Of a DNA stretch of 64,000 bases, positions 8,773-18,525 are shown piece after piece. Position numbers and translations under genes: made by a program. The stretch comes from a virus (lineage: Duplodnaviria; Caudoviricetes), in IMG/VR virus record IMGVR_UViG_3300020576_004053, positions 1 through 64,000 of that record; one strand, written 5' to 3'. Every line of letters starts with the position of its first letter. Within the stretch, counting starts at the first letter, position 1. The notes under the pieces were generated by a model, which ran no database searches, was not told the origin of the DNA, and saw nothing but the letters and a program-made list of their open reading frames with translations.

Positions 8773-9915
8773 TTAATCCTCAATTACCGGTTCGTCATCA
8801 GACATACCCACGACTACGGCAGTATCATCTAATGTACTAATACCTTCTGAGTTATATCGCATAATGGTCGCGGCTGACATCTTCTGATACAATTCCTTAA
8901 TCACTTCTGGATTATTCTTTACGAAGTCTTTCCACGTACCGGATTGGAATTTGTGTTCACTTCCATCATCAGCAACATATCGGTAATTACCACCTGACCC
9001 ACCGGTAACAATTCCCTCATCCTTTAGGAACTTCACCCACGAGGCCATGTCATCGATACCACGATCAAAGTACAAGTCAATCTGTGCCGTTTTAAGGGGT
9101 GGGCCAAGACGATTCTTTACCACCTTAGCTTCAACCTGAAGACCGACTACATCTTTCTTGGCGTTCTTGATTTTGCCCTTGATCTTGAGTCGCACACGCA
9201 CTGAGCTATAAAAATCCAATGCCTTACCACCAGTCGTTTGCCACGGATCTTCGAACGGTTGTGCATTAATCTTCTGACGTACCTGATTTGTGAAGACCAA
9301 GAAAATATTATGCTTACCAATAGTAAGAATAATCTGTTTCAATGCGGTGCTCATGAACTTGGCCTTTTCCATGCCATATCCAGACGGCTCAAACCCCTTT
9401 TCCAATTCTTTACGAGTCGGAGAACCGGTCACAGAGTCAACCACAATCACAACTTTCTTATGATGCTTCTCAGGATTGCCACTCAGATACGATTCGATGA
9501 TCTGCAGAATCGTTTCAAAGATTTCTTCAATGGATTCCGGCTGACGATAAATCACCCGATTGAAATTTAATCCAATCGCATTATAGAAATCTTCGTTAAC
9601 CGCATTTTCCGTATCCAGCAATACCGCAATCCCACCTTCATCTTGTGCAGCCTTCATAATATGTGCAGCCACAAGGGATTTACCACTACCTTCTAGTCCA
9701 GACAATTCTGTAACACGACCACCGGGAATACCACCATTGGGCCGGTTCGAAATTGCTAAGTCTAACAACGATGATCCAGTGCCAAGAAACGATTTAATTT
9801 CAGCGGGAGACACATCATTACCCATGAAATATGTCTTAAATCCACCTTTTGTTAAATCATCGGCAATAGCTTGCGCTAGATCATCTTCTCGGGAAGATGT
9901 CTTCTTAATAGCCAT
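8773..9915 (-). CDS. recA: RecA/UvsX-like recombinase
   Basis: TGSSLLDLAI, GGIPGGRVTELSGLEGSGKS, LDTENA, VVDSV, FTNQVR, TTGGKALDFYSSVRV, VKNR. Confidence 0.96.
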   Translation of the reverse strand: MAIKKTSSREDDLAQAIADDLTKGGFKTYFMGNDVSPAEIKSFLGTGSSLLDLAISNRPNGGIPGGRVTELSGLEGSGKSLVAAHIMKAAQDEGGIAVLLDTENAVNEDFYNAIGLNFNRVIYRQPESIEEIFETILQIIESYLSGNPEKHHKKVVIVVDSVTGSPTRKELEKGFEPSGYGMEKAKFMSTALKQIILTIGKHNIFLVFTNQVRQKINAQPFEDPWQTTGGKALDFYSSVRVRLKIKGKIKNAKKDVVGLQVEAKVVKNRLGPPLKTAQIDLYFDRGIDDMASWVKFLKDEGIVTGGSGGNYRYVADDGSEHKFQSGTWKDFVKNNPEVIKELYQKMSAATIMRYNSEGISTLDDTAVVVGMSDDEPVIED

Positions 9916-9936
9916 AATGTCATTGGGGGTAAAGGG

Positions 9937-9965
9937 TAAGGCGTAGGCAATGTACCTACGCCTTA
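9937..9965 (-). promoter_or_regulatory. 11-bp hairpin between ssb and recA (terminator, processing or stability element)
   Basis: TAAGGCGTAGG-7nt-CCTACGCCTTA. No clear U-tract on the coding strand. Confidence 0.5.
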
Positions 9966-9977
9966 AACAATCAGCGA

Positions 9978-10832
9978 TTATTCGTCGAACATGTCTGCGA
10001 ATTCATCAACTACATCTGCCACCGGCTTGGTTGTCGCCTTGGTAGATTTTGTAGCCTTCGCAGTCGTGTCGGTTTTTCCCTTTACTAAACCATCGTCTGT
10101 TGACTTACTAGCAGATGCCCATTCATCGTCATCCGATGCTGCGGCAGTGGTAGTAGTTGGGTTGGTAGATGGTGCAGCCGAATACGTCTTGTCCATATAT
10201 TCCTTCAACTCTTCATATGTGGACACCGTGAATTCATCCAACAATACCGGCTGATCACGTAACAACTTTGACATCAACTCAGAGTCAGTTGTTAACGGAG
10301 AGGACTTCGGACGTACGAAAATTTCAGTTTCCGCAAATCCCTTTGCTGGTGGGGCCGGGGCTGGCTTAAACGTGACCTTGATATCATGACCGCTTTCGAT
10401 GTCAGTAATATCTTCATAGTCATCGCTGACCATGATCGTCAATAGATCCTTGTATACACCGGGACCGAAACCCCAGAAACGCACACCCTGCGCTTCTTCA
10501 CCACGTACTACCACAGGAACATAGAATCGCTTTGTCGGCTTCAACTGCATCGCCTGTTTAAACTGTTCCTTGCTGAGATTTCCTGCGGCCACTTCCTGTT
10601 CGGCTAATTCTACGAACGGATCGGGATCACCGAACGTATACGGTGACAACATGGTCTTACGACCATTTTCGAAATAGTGGAAGTGAAGTTCTTGGAACGG
10701 GTTGGCGGGGTTTGATGCGAGAGGGACAATTCGAATAACCGATTCACCGCTCTTAGGCTTCCAGAACGGACCCTTGCTACCATTCTGTGCGTTTAATGCT
10801 TTCTTGAGTTCTGCAATGTTAAGCTTTGCCAT
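9978..10832 (-). CDS. Single-stranded DNA-binding protein (T4 gp32-like)
   Basis: FWKP..G..VIRIVP, HFHY, VVVRGEE..GVRFWGFG, DITD..SGHDI, acidic tail DEFADMFDE. Confidence 0.88.
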   Translation of the reverse strand: MAKLNIAELKKALNAQNGSKGPFWKPKSGESVIRIVPLASNPANPFQELHFHYFENGRKTMLSPYTFGDPDPFVELAEQEVAAGNLSKEQFKQAMQLKPTKRFYVPVVVRGEEAQGVRFWGFGPGVYKDLLTIMVSDDYEDITDIESGHDIKVTFKPAPAPPAKGFAETEIFVRPKSSPLTTDSELMSKLLRDQPVLLDEFTVSTYEELKEYMDKTYSAAPSTNPTTTTAAASDDDEWASASKSTDDGLVKGKTDTTAKATKSTKATTKPVADVVDEFADMFDE

Positions 10833-10905
10833 GATAATGCTCCAATGATAATGAAAATGATGATGATGAAAAATATGTGGTGCTCAATTGACCACGTACA
10901 TAAAT

Positions 10906-10934
10906 AGTATAGCGAGTTTGCTTTTTGCTGTCAA
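10906..10934 (-). promoter_or_regulatory. Sigma70-type promoter of ssb, abutting a TATTTAT motif
   Basis: Minus strand TTGACA-17 nt-TATACT, then TATTTAT at 10900-10906. Confidence 0.85.
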
Positions 10935-10935
10935 C

Positions 10936-11334
10936 TTAGACTTTGATGATCTTGAATAGCTTGGTGGGAATTTTCTTCAACGCGTCCTGTGCCGTTACCA
11001 AAATCATGTTCTGGTAATCTTCCCATGTGACCTTGAAATTATTATCCACTTTTCCGTTATTCAGCGATGCAACCAATAAATTCAATGCATTGATGGTATA
11101 CAACGTATTCGTCAACTTCTTCCGATGGAGACTGATCGTGGTACGAGGGGACAATTTTGACGATTGACGGATAGATTCCACATTATAGGTGCAGCACAAT
11201 TCGGAGGGTTCGTCCGTATTCTGTAGCACATAGATAGTTTGGAAAACGACTACATGGTTATCTAAAATTTGTTGAATCGTGTCATCTATGGTATCAAGGG
11301 TACAAAATGTACACAACAATTGTGTGTGTTGCAT
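10936..11334 (-). CDS. Conserved-looking phage hypothetical protein
   Basis: QLLCTF...TYNV...TISLHRKKLTNTLYTINALN. GGAG RBS before ATG 11334. Confidence 0.7.
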   Translation of the reverse strand: MQHTQLLCTFCTLDTIDDTIQQILDNHVVVFQTIYVLQNTDEPSELCCTYNVESIRQSSKLSPRTTISLHRKKLTNTLYTINALNLLVASLNNGKVDNNFKVTWEDYQNMILVTAQDALKKIPTKLFKIIKV

Positions 11335-11404
11335 ATCATCTCCATGCAAACTGTTTAACTATATGGAGATAAATAGCACAGGAATACTCTGAAATACGGT
11401 TATG

Positions 11405-12766
11405 TCAAATTTTAATTGGTACCATATCCTGAAAATTCGGTCCATCCCAGAATTTCACGGGAAATGCACCATCTTGCGTCAAAGTGGCGTCACATATCGT
11501 CAAAATTGCGGCTTTTTCGCTTTTGTGACAATCCAGCAAAATGGAGTCGTAGGTATAGATTGTGGCCTTACTTTTATACGAGAACAATCGTGCAATTAGC
11601 TGATAGATGCCATGGATTGACACCTCCATCTCTCGTAATTGGAAGAAATAGTTGAACAATTTTTTCGGAGTTGGATCGGTAATACTCTGCTCCCAGATAA
11701 TGCGTCCCGATGTCGTCACCACCGATTTGTCTCGTGTAAACTCATACCACTTAGTATTCACAAATTTACGGATTTCGACGAAAAATGGTATATCATCGAC
11801 TGATTGGGTATCATCGTATAATAACTGAAAGGTAATCTCCTTTCCCTGTGCATACTGTTCAGGCGTCACAGTGTCGACCCCGAAATAATGCTTGGCGAGA
11901 TATTCGTGCACCGATCCAGCCGGAAGCGTATATCCAATGGTGTTTGCAATTAACCGTAGATGAAAACTTTCAAAGTCCACCAATACCAACGATCCGTCTT
12001 GTCCAAACCGAGATGTGAACGCTGTCCGTGAACCATCTTTTTTCGAAATAGCCGATGATACGAATCCATTAAATCGACCCGAAATACGTCCCGTGGTAGA
12101 ATAGGGATTATACTCTGTATATACCCATGTATCGTTTACCACGACCTGATCGGCTATGTGCGAGGGGTAATGTGACCGAAAGAGCGTTGGGTCAATATAC
12201 ATGCCAGCCCGTTCAATCGCCCATAAGGTAGGCAGCGTTTTGAAATTATGGAATTTGAATGCGTTGGTCTGCAGAACCGCATGATGTTGATAGTATATGC
12301 GATGTGCCGCCATCAACATAGATTCTGCATATTCTACCAAAACCATCAATGGAGTAAATTCCAATGATCCATGTGTCTGCGCTGTCATACCTATCGGCAA
12401 TTCTATATCAGGGATGGCTTTTCCCGTATTCAGATACCCCATACCGGCTATATCAATGGCTTTCTTACCAATCGATGGAAGGGCATGTAGGAGATGCTTT
12501 TTGAACAGGGTATATATGGTGCCCGAGGTATTCCATGTAGAAAATTGTGGTGCGGCTGACACGGGTAGTTCATCGTGTTGTATTGGGAAGATATATACAT
12601 CTTCGATAACCGGTTGTAGCACGGTTACTGCAATAAAACATACCGTGGTGACGGCAGGATGTGATGTCAGAGACGTAAAGACCGGAACAGCAATCACGTC
12701 CCGGTCTTGTAAGTCAATCAGCGCATCATGTATTTGGACATCGGTATACGTAACAATCAGATTCAT
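11405..12766 (-). CDS. DNA polymerase A-family-like protein (divergent polymerase domain)
   Basis: TTGRIS, motif A-like LVDFESFHLRLIA, motif B-like GKEITFQLLY, motif C-like YTYDSILLD. Confidence 0.75.
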   Translation of the reverse strand: MNLIVTYTDVQIHDALIDLQDRDVIAVPVFTSLTSHPAVTTVCFIAVTVLQPVIEDVYIFPIQHDELPVSAAPQFSTWNTSGTIYTLFKKHLLHALPSIGKKAIDIAGMGYLNTGKAIPDIELPIGMTAQTHGSLEFTPLMVLVEYAESMLMAAHRIYYQHHAVLQTNAFKFHNFKTLPTLWAIERAGMYIDPTLFRSHYPSHIADQVVVNDTWVYTEYNPYSTTGRISGRFNGFVSSAISKKDGSRTAFTSRFGQDGSLVLVDFESFHLRLIANTIGYTLPAGSVHEYLAKHYFGVDTVTPEQYAQGKEITFQLLYDDTQSVDDIPFFVEIRKFVNTKWYEFTRDKSVVTTSGRIIWEQSITDPTPKKLFNYFFQLREMEVSIHGIYQLIARLFSYKSKATIYTYDSILLDCHKSEKAAILTICDATLTQDGAFPVKFWDGPNFQDMVPIKI

Positions 12767-13173
12767 GTTGTATGGAATTGCGTCATGTTGGTAATTTGAT
12801 GATTCATCCCCGGCAGCGTTTCGTTCGCCAACTCCAAAGATAGCCGATTTGCAGTTACTACGCCAGTGTACTGTAGCCGTGGGCTGTTAGGGGTAGAGAT
12901 GGTGGGCGTCTTATCCTCTAGATCACCGGAGATGCGCCATTCAATGGATACGCAGATATAAAATGGATTGCTTTTCACCCGATCATAGGTGGTCTTGGAT
13001 ATCTCCATAATTTCGCCATCGTGTTGGTTTGACGGACGTGCAAAATATCGAGTGATATATCCCTGCATACGATCTTGTTTAGTGATCACTGGTATGTATG
13101 ACTCAATCTGAATTTCATTCTGATCAAAGCTTCGGGGAATTGTATTGGTTACACCATATGCAAAATATTCCAT
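12763..13173 (-). CDS. Hypothetical baseplate-region protein
   Basis: GYITRYFAR, IEWRISG. Likely start ATG 13173. Confidence 0.65.
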   Translation of the reverse strand: MEYFAYGVTNTIPRSFDQNEIQIESYIPVITKQDRMQGYITRYFARPSNQHDGEIMEISKTTYDRVKSNPFYICVSIEWRISGDLEDKTPTISTPNSPRLQYTGVVTANRLSLELANETLPGMNHQITNMTQFHTT

Positions 13174-13174
13174 A

Positions 13175-16100
13175 TTATGGTACCGAACTGATTGGGGTTG
13201 AGGTAGGGCCAACGGGATCAAGATTTAACAAACGATACACACCTCTCACACTTGTACGCCACCCCTGTTGATTGATTACTTCGTTGATTTCCGTTGTTTG
13301 GAAGCATCCGTATTCTTCGAAGATAAATGGTAGTTTATCTACATAAAATCCATCCGAAATGGAAATACCACCAATACCCAACATGGTCAATACCACGGAG
13401 GTAGACGTAGGAATTGGTGCCACAAATCCATTCGATTTACCAAACCCATGTTGTTCATATCCATCTTTCGTAATACGGGCAATCATTTTGGTAGCAGACA
13501 ACGCAACCAGTGGAATAATTTGACTGCCGAATCGGGTGGAGATGTTCTTTTCCCATTCCTTTTCTTGTTCATTATTTTGTGTATTATCAATGGGTAGTAC
13601 TACCTCATTAGGCGATGGATCTTTTTGTGTAAGTACATCCGGTGTAATCACTATAGGAGTAACGGATGGATCGTTTAATGCATTTCTATATGCAGGTGAT
13701 CCGGTTTGGGTATCGCTTGCAACACCACGATTGAGAGAATTATATCCACCTTCACCTTTACCTATATATTCTTTTAACGCGGTATAGTCTTTGTTCTGTA
13801 AAATTCGTGTCAATTCATCTACGCGGGCTGGATCTGCGGAGTTATTACCTATGCCTATATAGTATGATTGACCTCTTGCAACATTAACTGTAACTTTACG
13901 TCCTAATTTTTTATCATAATACGTACGAGTGGTCGGGTATTTTACTGGTATTGATGCAAATTCTTGTGCCAACGCAAGATGTGCTGCGTCTAAACTACCA
14001 TGACCATTAAAATATGCCCCAACCTCTGGTCGTTTTTTGAAGATATACCCATCAAATAGTTTTTCCTGTGTGGACTCATTAAACTTTTCTGATAAATCTA
14101 CCCCAGATACTCTAACCGCATATGGTAGGGTATCTCGGCTAAATTGATATTTACCTACAGCAAAAATAGCTCGTTTAGACTGACGCGCCAACACCTGTCC
14201 AACCGTCAATTCGGACAACCATGTTACAGGGGGATCAACGTGTGTAGGCAATGGATTGACACTATCTCTCGTAGGAACAATATCGGCCACTGGTAAAAAC
14301 TGACCCGTGTTCAACGTATTTCCTAACTGCATTCCAACACCCATATTATCAGTCGTACGCGATCCAGCTTGTGCGAATACGGTGTCACCTCCTAATAATC
14401 TATCAGAATTTTTGGGTGCACTCGCTGGACCGCTTTGCGTTACGACAATATTTGATCGTGCATTATTACGTTGAGTAGTTAATTCCTCTTCTACAATATC
14501 TCTTAGTGCCGTCCAATTCAATGAGAATATGAATTTACTCGTTGTTCCAATAGACGGATACTTTTCCAACAATTGCTGTCTCGTCGCTTTATCTTTAGAT
14601 CTAAACAATGAATACAGCGCCATCTGAGTACGTAATTCGGGTGGAAATGCACTGTTGAATTCAATCTTCAACAGTTCACCCTTGCCACCCACATTGAATT
14701 TGTAGAACGATGGATAGTCAATAGCTACATAGTTGTCATCGACGATCTTGTATTTTGAAATTTCATCATCAAAGAAAAGATGTAGTTTCCAGAAATTGCG
14801 CGTGGCTCCATTCATTCGCAGCAACATATTCTGTACACCGATCTGAAATGATTTTGCCGACGAAAAACATTCTCGCACCATACCAACATTCAACCACACA
14901 CCACTTGTCAATTGTCCTCTATGCTGTTCCGAGCCACCAAATATTCCGGCACCAGCAAATCCACTGGGTGCACCTTCAACATTTTTGTAGATGATCATAA
15001 CATCCGGATCAACAGATAACAGATGCGGGTTATTACCAATCCAATCAACGTCAGTCGTATCGGTATTGAAGAATTTGAGGAATGTAGTCAGATCATTTTT
15101 GACGCCAATATCTTCGATGAACGCTAACATCTCAGGAATCATAATTGTTGCAAAGTATTTCCAACTAATGAACTGATAATCGTTCTTATTAGTCTTGAAA
15201 TTTTTGTATTCCTGTACTACCGATGCTTTGTTGACATCAGATTTACCCCATCCTTCATGATATTGTGCAACTAATGACGCATCTCCACCATACACGCCAA
15301 TAGAGCGATCAAATGTACTACCGGGAAAGAAATAGTCTAATAGATTGGTAGGCTTATTGTTGGTTTCTGGGTCAACTGTATTAACATATGTCATTGGAAT
15401 GTTAATACCCCACATTTCTTCTCCGATGCTATAAATCGTTGTGGTGCACTGATATGTACCTACTTCGGCATTGAAATCAATCGTAAAGTTTCCAATTGTA
15501 CCTACTAAGAAATCATAGTTTCCGTCATTGGGCTTAATGAAGGTATCAATGATATATTTACGTCCCTTGGTAATGGCGCTCACAAGATGTTGTTTGACGC
15601 CACTGATATCCGAGAAATCTAGTATATTCGAAAACTGACGGTCTGAAAATTGATTACCCCATTCCAAGACCACATGCGTGCCAATCACCATGAGATGGTT
15701 TCGCAGATATTCTAATTGTGCGCGATTATAGCACTGCCAACGAACGGTTGCCACAAACGGAGAACCGAGATTACGACGGTTGACCGTTACATCCATGATA
15801 CCGGGAATGGGATGTACGCCTCCCGGCAAGGATTGACCACGGGTTCCTGCTGCGATGGCTTGGGCATTCTGTTGTTGTGTGGTAATAATCGACGTGGTAG
15901 CATTTGGAAATACCTGCTCAATTCCTTCTGGTAGGCCACCCACACTCAACTCATCAGTTGAAATCAGCTTTTTAGGTGCAAGCCCATTCGCAATCGCACT
16001 TAGGTCGTATGCATACCCAATAATCTCTCGCGCCGATCCATATGTCACGTCAAAGATATTCAAATCAACGTTACTAAATCCATGCAATCCCAACGTGAAG

Positions 16101-16297
16101 TATGCATACTTCAAATTCGGCTCTTCCGTACATGCAGTTAATCGCACATACGGAGAAATGGTGGGCATCGGATACGTATCTTTTCGTAACGACAACTCTT
16201 GCATAACAAATGGACGAAACGCATTGAAATTAGGAAATGGTAGTCGTCTCGTATCACTTTGAATATGCGTTGGTTCAATAGGCGTAATATCCGCCAT
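13175..16297 (-). CDS. Baseplate hub-like protein with lysozyme-like domain
   Basis: N-terminal PIPGI..V.V...ATVRWQC...QLE...G..VVLEWG, C-terminal LTMLGIGGI...F, internal AVGKYQF/EFASIP/GEGGYN muramidase-like segments. Lies downstream of tape measure. Confidence 0.7.
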   Translation of the reverse strand: MADITPIEPTHIQSDTRRLPFPNFNAFRPFVMQELSLRKDTYPMPTISPYVRLTACTEEPNLKYAYFTLGLHGFSNVDLNIFDVTYGSAREIIGYAYDLSAIANGLAPKKLISTDELSVGGLPEGIEQVFPNATTSIITTQQQNAQAIAAGTRGQSLPGGVHPIPGIMDVTVNRRNLGSPFVATVRWQCYNRAQLEYLRNHLMVIGTHVVLEWGNQFSDRQFSNILDFSDISGVKQHLVSAITKGRKYIIDTFIKPNDGNYDFLVGTIGNFTIDFNAEVGTYQCTTTIYSIGEEMWGINIPMTYVNTVDPETNNKPTNLLDYFFPGSTFDRSIGVYGGDASLVAQYHEGWGKSDVNKASVVQEYKNFKTNKNDYQFISWKYFATIMIPEMLAFIEDIGVKNDLTTFLKFFNTDTTDVDWIGNNPHLLSVDPDVMIIYKNVEGAPSGFAGAGIFGGSEQHRGQLTSGVWLNVGMVRECFSSAKSFQIGVQNMLLRMNGATRNFWKLHLFFDDEISKYKIVDDNYVAIDYPSFYKFNVGGKGELLKIEFNSAFPPELRTQMALYSLFRSKDKATRQQLLEKYPSIGTTSKFIFSLNWTALRDIVEEELTTQRNNARSNIVVTQSGPASAPKNSDRLLGGDTVFAQAGSRTTDNMGVGMQLGNTLNTGQFLPVADIVPTRDSVNPLPTHVDPPVTWLSELTVGQVLARQSKRAIFAVGKYQFSRDTLPYAVRVSGVDLSEKFNESTQEKLFDGYIFKKRPEVGAYFNGHGSLDAAHLALAQEFASIPVKYPTTRTYYDKKLGRKVTVNVARGQSYYIGIGNNSADPARVDELTRILQNKDYTALKEYIGKGEGGYNSLNRGVASDTQTGSPAYRNALNDPSVTPIVITPDVLTQKDPSPNEVVLPIDNTQNNEQEKEWEKNISTRFGSQIIPLVALSATKMIARITKDGYEQHGFGKSNGFVAPIPTSTSVVLTMLGIGGISISDGFYVDKLPFIFEEYGCFQTTEINEVINQQGWRTSVRGVYRLLNLDPVGPTSTPISSVP

Positions 16298-16299
16298 AA

Positions 16300-16575
16300 T
16301 TACCCTCTTTTCTTAGGAATTACAATTTCTTTACCGGGAAGTGAATGAAGACTTCCATCCACTCGACGATTTGCTGCTGCGAGTCGCCACCATTCTACAG
16401 GGCTACCATACACGGATCGCGCAATAATATCCAACCGATCTTTTTCATCAGATATAATACGGATATCGGTATCGGTTGTTGCAACATCTTTAGGCCGCGC
16501 AGATTTATATACCACACGCCCATCTGGTAGTGTCTTGGTTTCTAACTTAACGTAGCGATCTTCAGGACGTGCCAT
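16300..16575 (-). CDS. LysM-like / tail-X-like baseplate wedge protein
   Basis: DRLDIIARSVYG...WWRLAAAN...PG.EIVIP. Likely start ATG 16575. Confidence 0.8.
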   Translation of the reverse strand: MARPEDRYVKLETKTLPDGRVVYKSARPKDVATTDTDIRIISDEKDRLDIIARSVYGSPVEWWRLAAANRRVDGSLHSLPGKEIVIPKKRG

Positions 16576-16576
16576 A

Positions 16577-18523
16577 TTAGTTACCCGCGAAATTGAATGT
16601 AACACCACGACTGTTCAATGGATAAAACGCCGATGATGTGGTCATTTGACGCTTCTCAATAACAGAGAAGGTGATGTTCATTAAAATGCCATGTGGTACC
16701 TGTGCGCCAGAAGATATTTCCCATGGCGTGTTATCTTCAATGGTGTGTGTCAGCGAACGAATATATCCCGGTTGATCCCGATATACATCGCCAATAGTTA
16801 ATTTCACAAATGGCGGTACCATAAATCCTGCAACGAACTTTGATGGAAAACATAGACCCGTCATATAATTGATTTTATCCCACACCTTTGCCAACTCATC
16901 ATTACTCAATGCATGAATACGTAGTTGCATTGATAACTCTCGACTTACACCAGTATATACGATATTACGTTCAATACGTCCAATATATTGAGTATCAGAC
17001 GTTTGTGGATTGACCGATTCTACGATATTGGTAATATATGCACGAAATGGAATTGTTTTCTTATTCACGAAATCAAACCATTGAATATCAATAAGATCTT
17101 TACCACCCACTGCACGAATATCGTTTAGCGTCTTTAGACTGGTCTGGGTCGCATCGACAGGATCATCAAATACTCCATGTAGGTTCATTCGATCCGTCAT
17201 ATATCCACTTGCTTTAGATGGTAACGTAGTCGGATCAAGTTGCGCACCCGCTTTAACAGGAGTATATTCAATACCAGTGGTATCTTTCCGGATATCCCAA
17301 TAATCAAACTGTTTCGTCTGTCTATCCGCAAAGATTTTCTTCATATCTCCAATACGATTATTTGCATCATCGTTAAATCGTGTACGTAACGAAGATTTAG
17401 GATAGAATAGATGATTTTCTTCTACGGTTTGTTGAGACGGACTAACATTAGGTAGTAATTGAATACGACGAGAATTTAAAAACGTCGCCACCGTTGCAAA
17501 GGCCGAATCTGCACTAGGAATACCAGTTTTAATAGATACTAATGTAGACGCAAGTTTGCGATCAATATCATTACTACGCTCTTGTACCGTCTTAGATGCT
17601 TCAGAAGTAAACTCAGTCTGTGGATCAATAGGTGCGCGAATATCAGATACTGGGTGTTGTAAATATGGTGTAGATATTTTACCAGCATTCATCGAATCTT
17701 TGAGATATCTAATTGCACCATTTTTGTTATCCGTAATAAAATATCCATCTGTTAACAAAATGGAAGCATCTGTCGTTGCGATATTCTTAATCGTTGTAAA
17801 CGCATTCTTAATATTGTTGATCGCACCACGAATATCCCCGACTCGTAAATTTGCTTGCGCACGACTGATATTAGAGATAGGATCGGTTGTTTTTTTAAGT
17901 CCTCGCCATGTAGCAATAGAATATAGTTCGCCATTGACATTAAATTCAGGGCGATCATTCATTCCATACGATCCCGCTTTACCTACAGAAAATGTATTGC
18001 CGATAATGGATGAAATAGCGCGACCACTAAGTAATGACAATAACGATGATGTCTTACCAATTACCCGAGCAGTTGCATCATCACCAGTATGTTTTTGTAA
18101 TCGTCCTGCTGCGCCAAGTGAAGGATCGACTGGACTACCCACCAAATCAAAATCCTTTGCCGACGCTAACCCTCTGGAAAAATGCTTATAGGGTTGGACA
18201 TTGCCAATAACAAACAGCGGATTGAGCACACGGTTTTCAACGAACTCATTCCCGGTTTGTAAGGCTTGCTGTTTTAAGAGGAATAGCAGACCATTTCCAG
18301 AGGTAAGAAACTTCCCAACCCGAATAGCATCACGCTTAATCGATCCAATCGGCAGTGCAAAGGAATCGTGCTTGGTTTCATTCTTGTCAGGATCATCCGG
18401 CTTCAATTCTAAAAACGGTTGGTCACCACGCACATGACTCAATCCAATATCTCTGGTTGAGCCTTGGTCGTATAAACGTTCGACTTTCGCTAAGAAGCGT
18501 TCTTCAATTCCTTTAAAGGCCAT
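16577..18523 (-). CDS. Baseplate/tail-tube initiator-like protein
   Basis: C-terminal PFRAYI...YIGR.E..VYTGVSRELS...PPFVKLTIGD...PWEI. Directly follows tape measure. Confidence 0.6.
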   Translation of the reverse strand: MAFKGIEERFLAKVERLYDQGSTRDIGLSHVRGDQPFLELKPDDPDKNETKHDSFALPIGSIKRDAIRVGKFLTSGNGLLFLLKQQALQTGNEFVENRVLNPLFVIGNVQPYKHFSRGLASAKDFDLVGSPVDPSLGAAGRLQKHTGDDATARVIGKTSSLLSLLSGRAISSIIGNTFSVGKAGSYGMNDRPEFNVNGELYSIATWRGLKKTTDPISNISRAQANLRVGDIRGAINNIKNAFTTIKNIATTDASILLTDGYFITDNKNGAIRYLKDSMNAGKISTPYLQHPVSDIRAPIDPQTEFTSEASKTVQERSNDIDRKLASTLVSIKTGIPSADSAFATVATFLNSRRIQLLPNVSPSQQTVEENHLFYPKSSLRTRFNDDANNRIGDMKKIFADRQTKQFDYWDIRKDTTGIEYTPVKAGAQLDPTTLPSKASGYMTDRMNLHGVFDDPVDATQTSLKTLNDIRAVGGKDLIDIQWFDFVNKKTIPFRAYITNIVESVNPQTSDTQYIGRIERNIVYTGVSRELSMQLRIHALSNDELAKVWDKINYMTGLCFPSKFVAGFMVPPFVKLTIGDVYRDQPGYIRSLTHTIEDNTPWEISSGAQVPHGILMNITFSVIEKRQMTTSSAFYPLNSRGVTFNFAGN

Positions 18524-18525
18524 TG

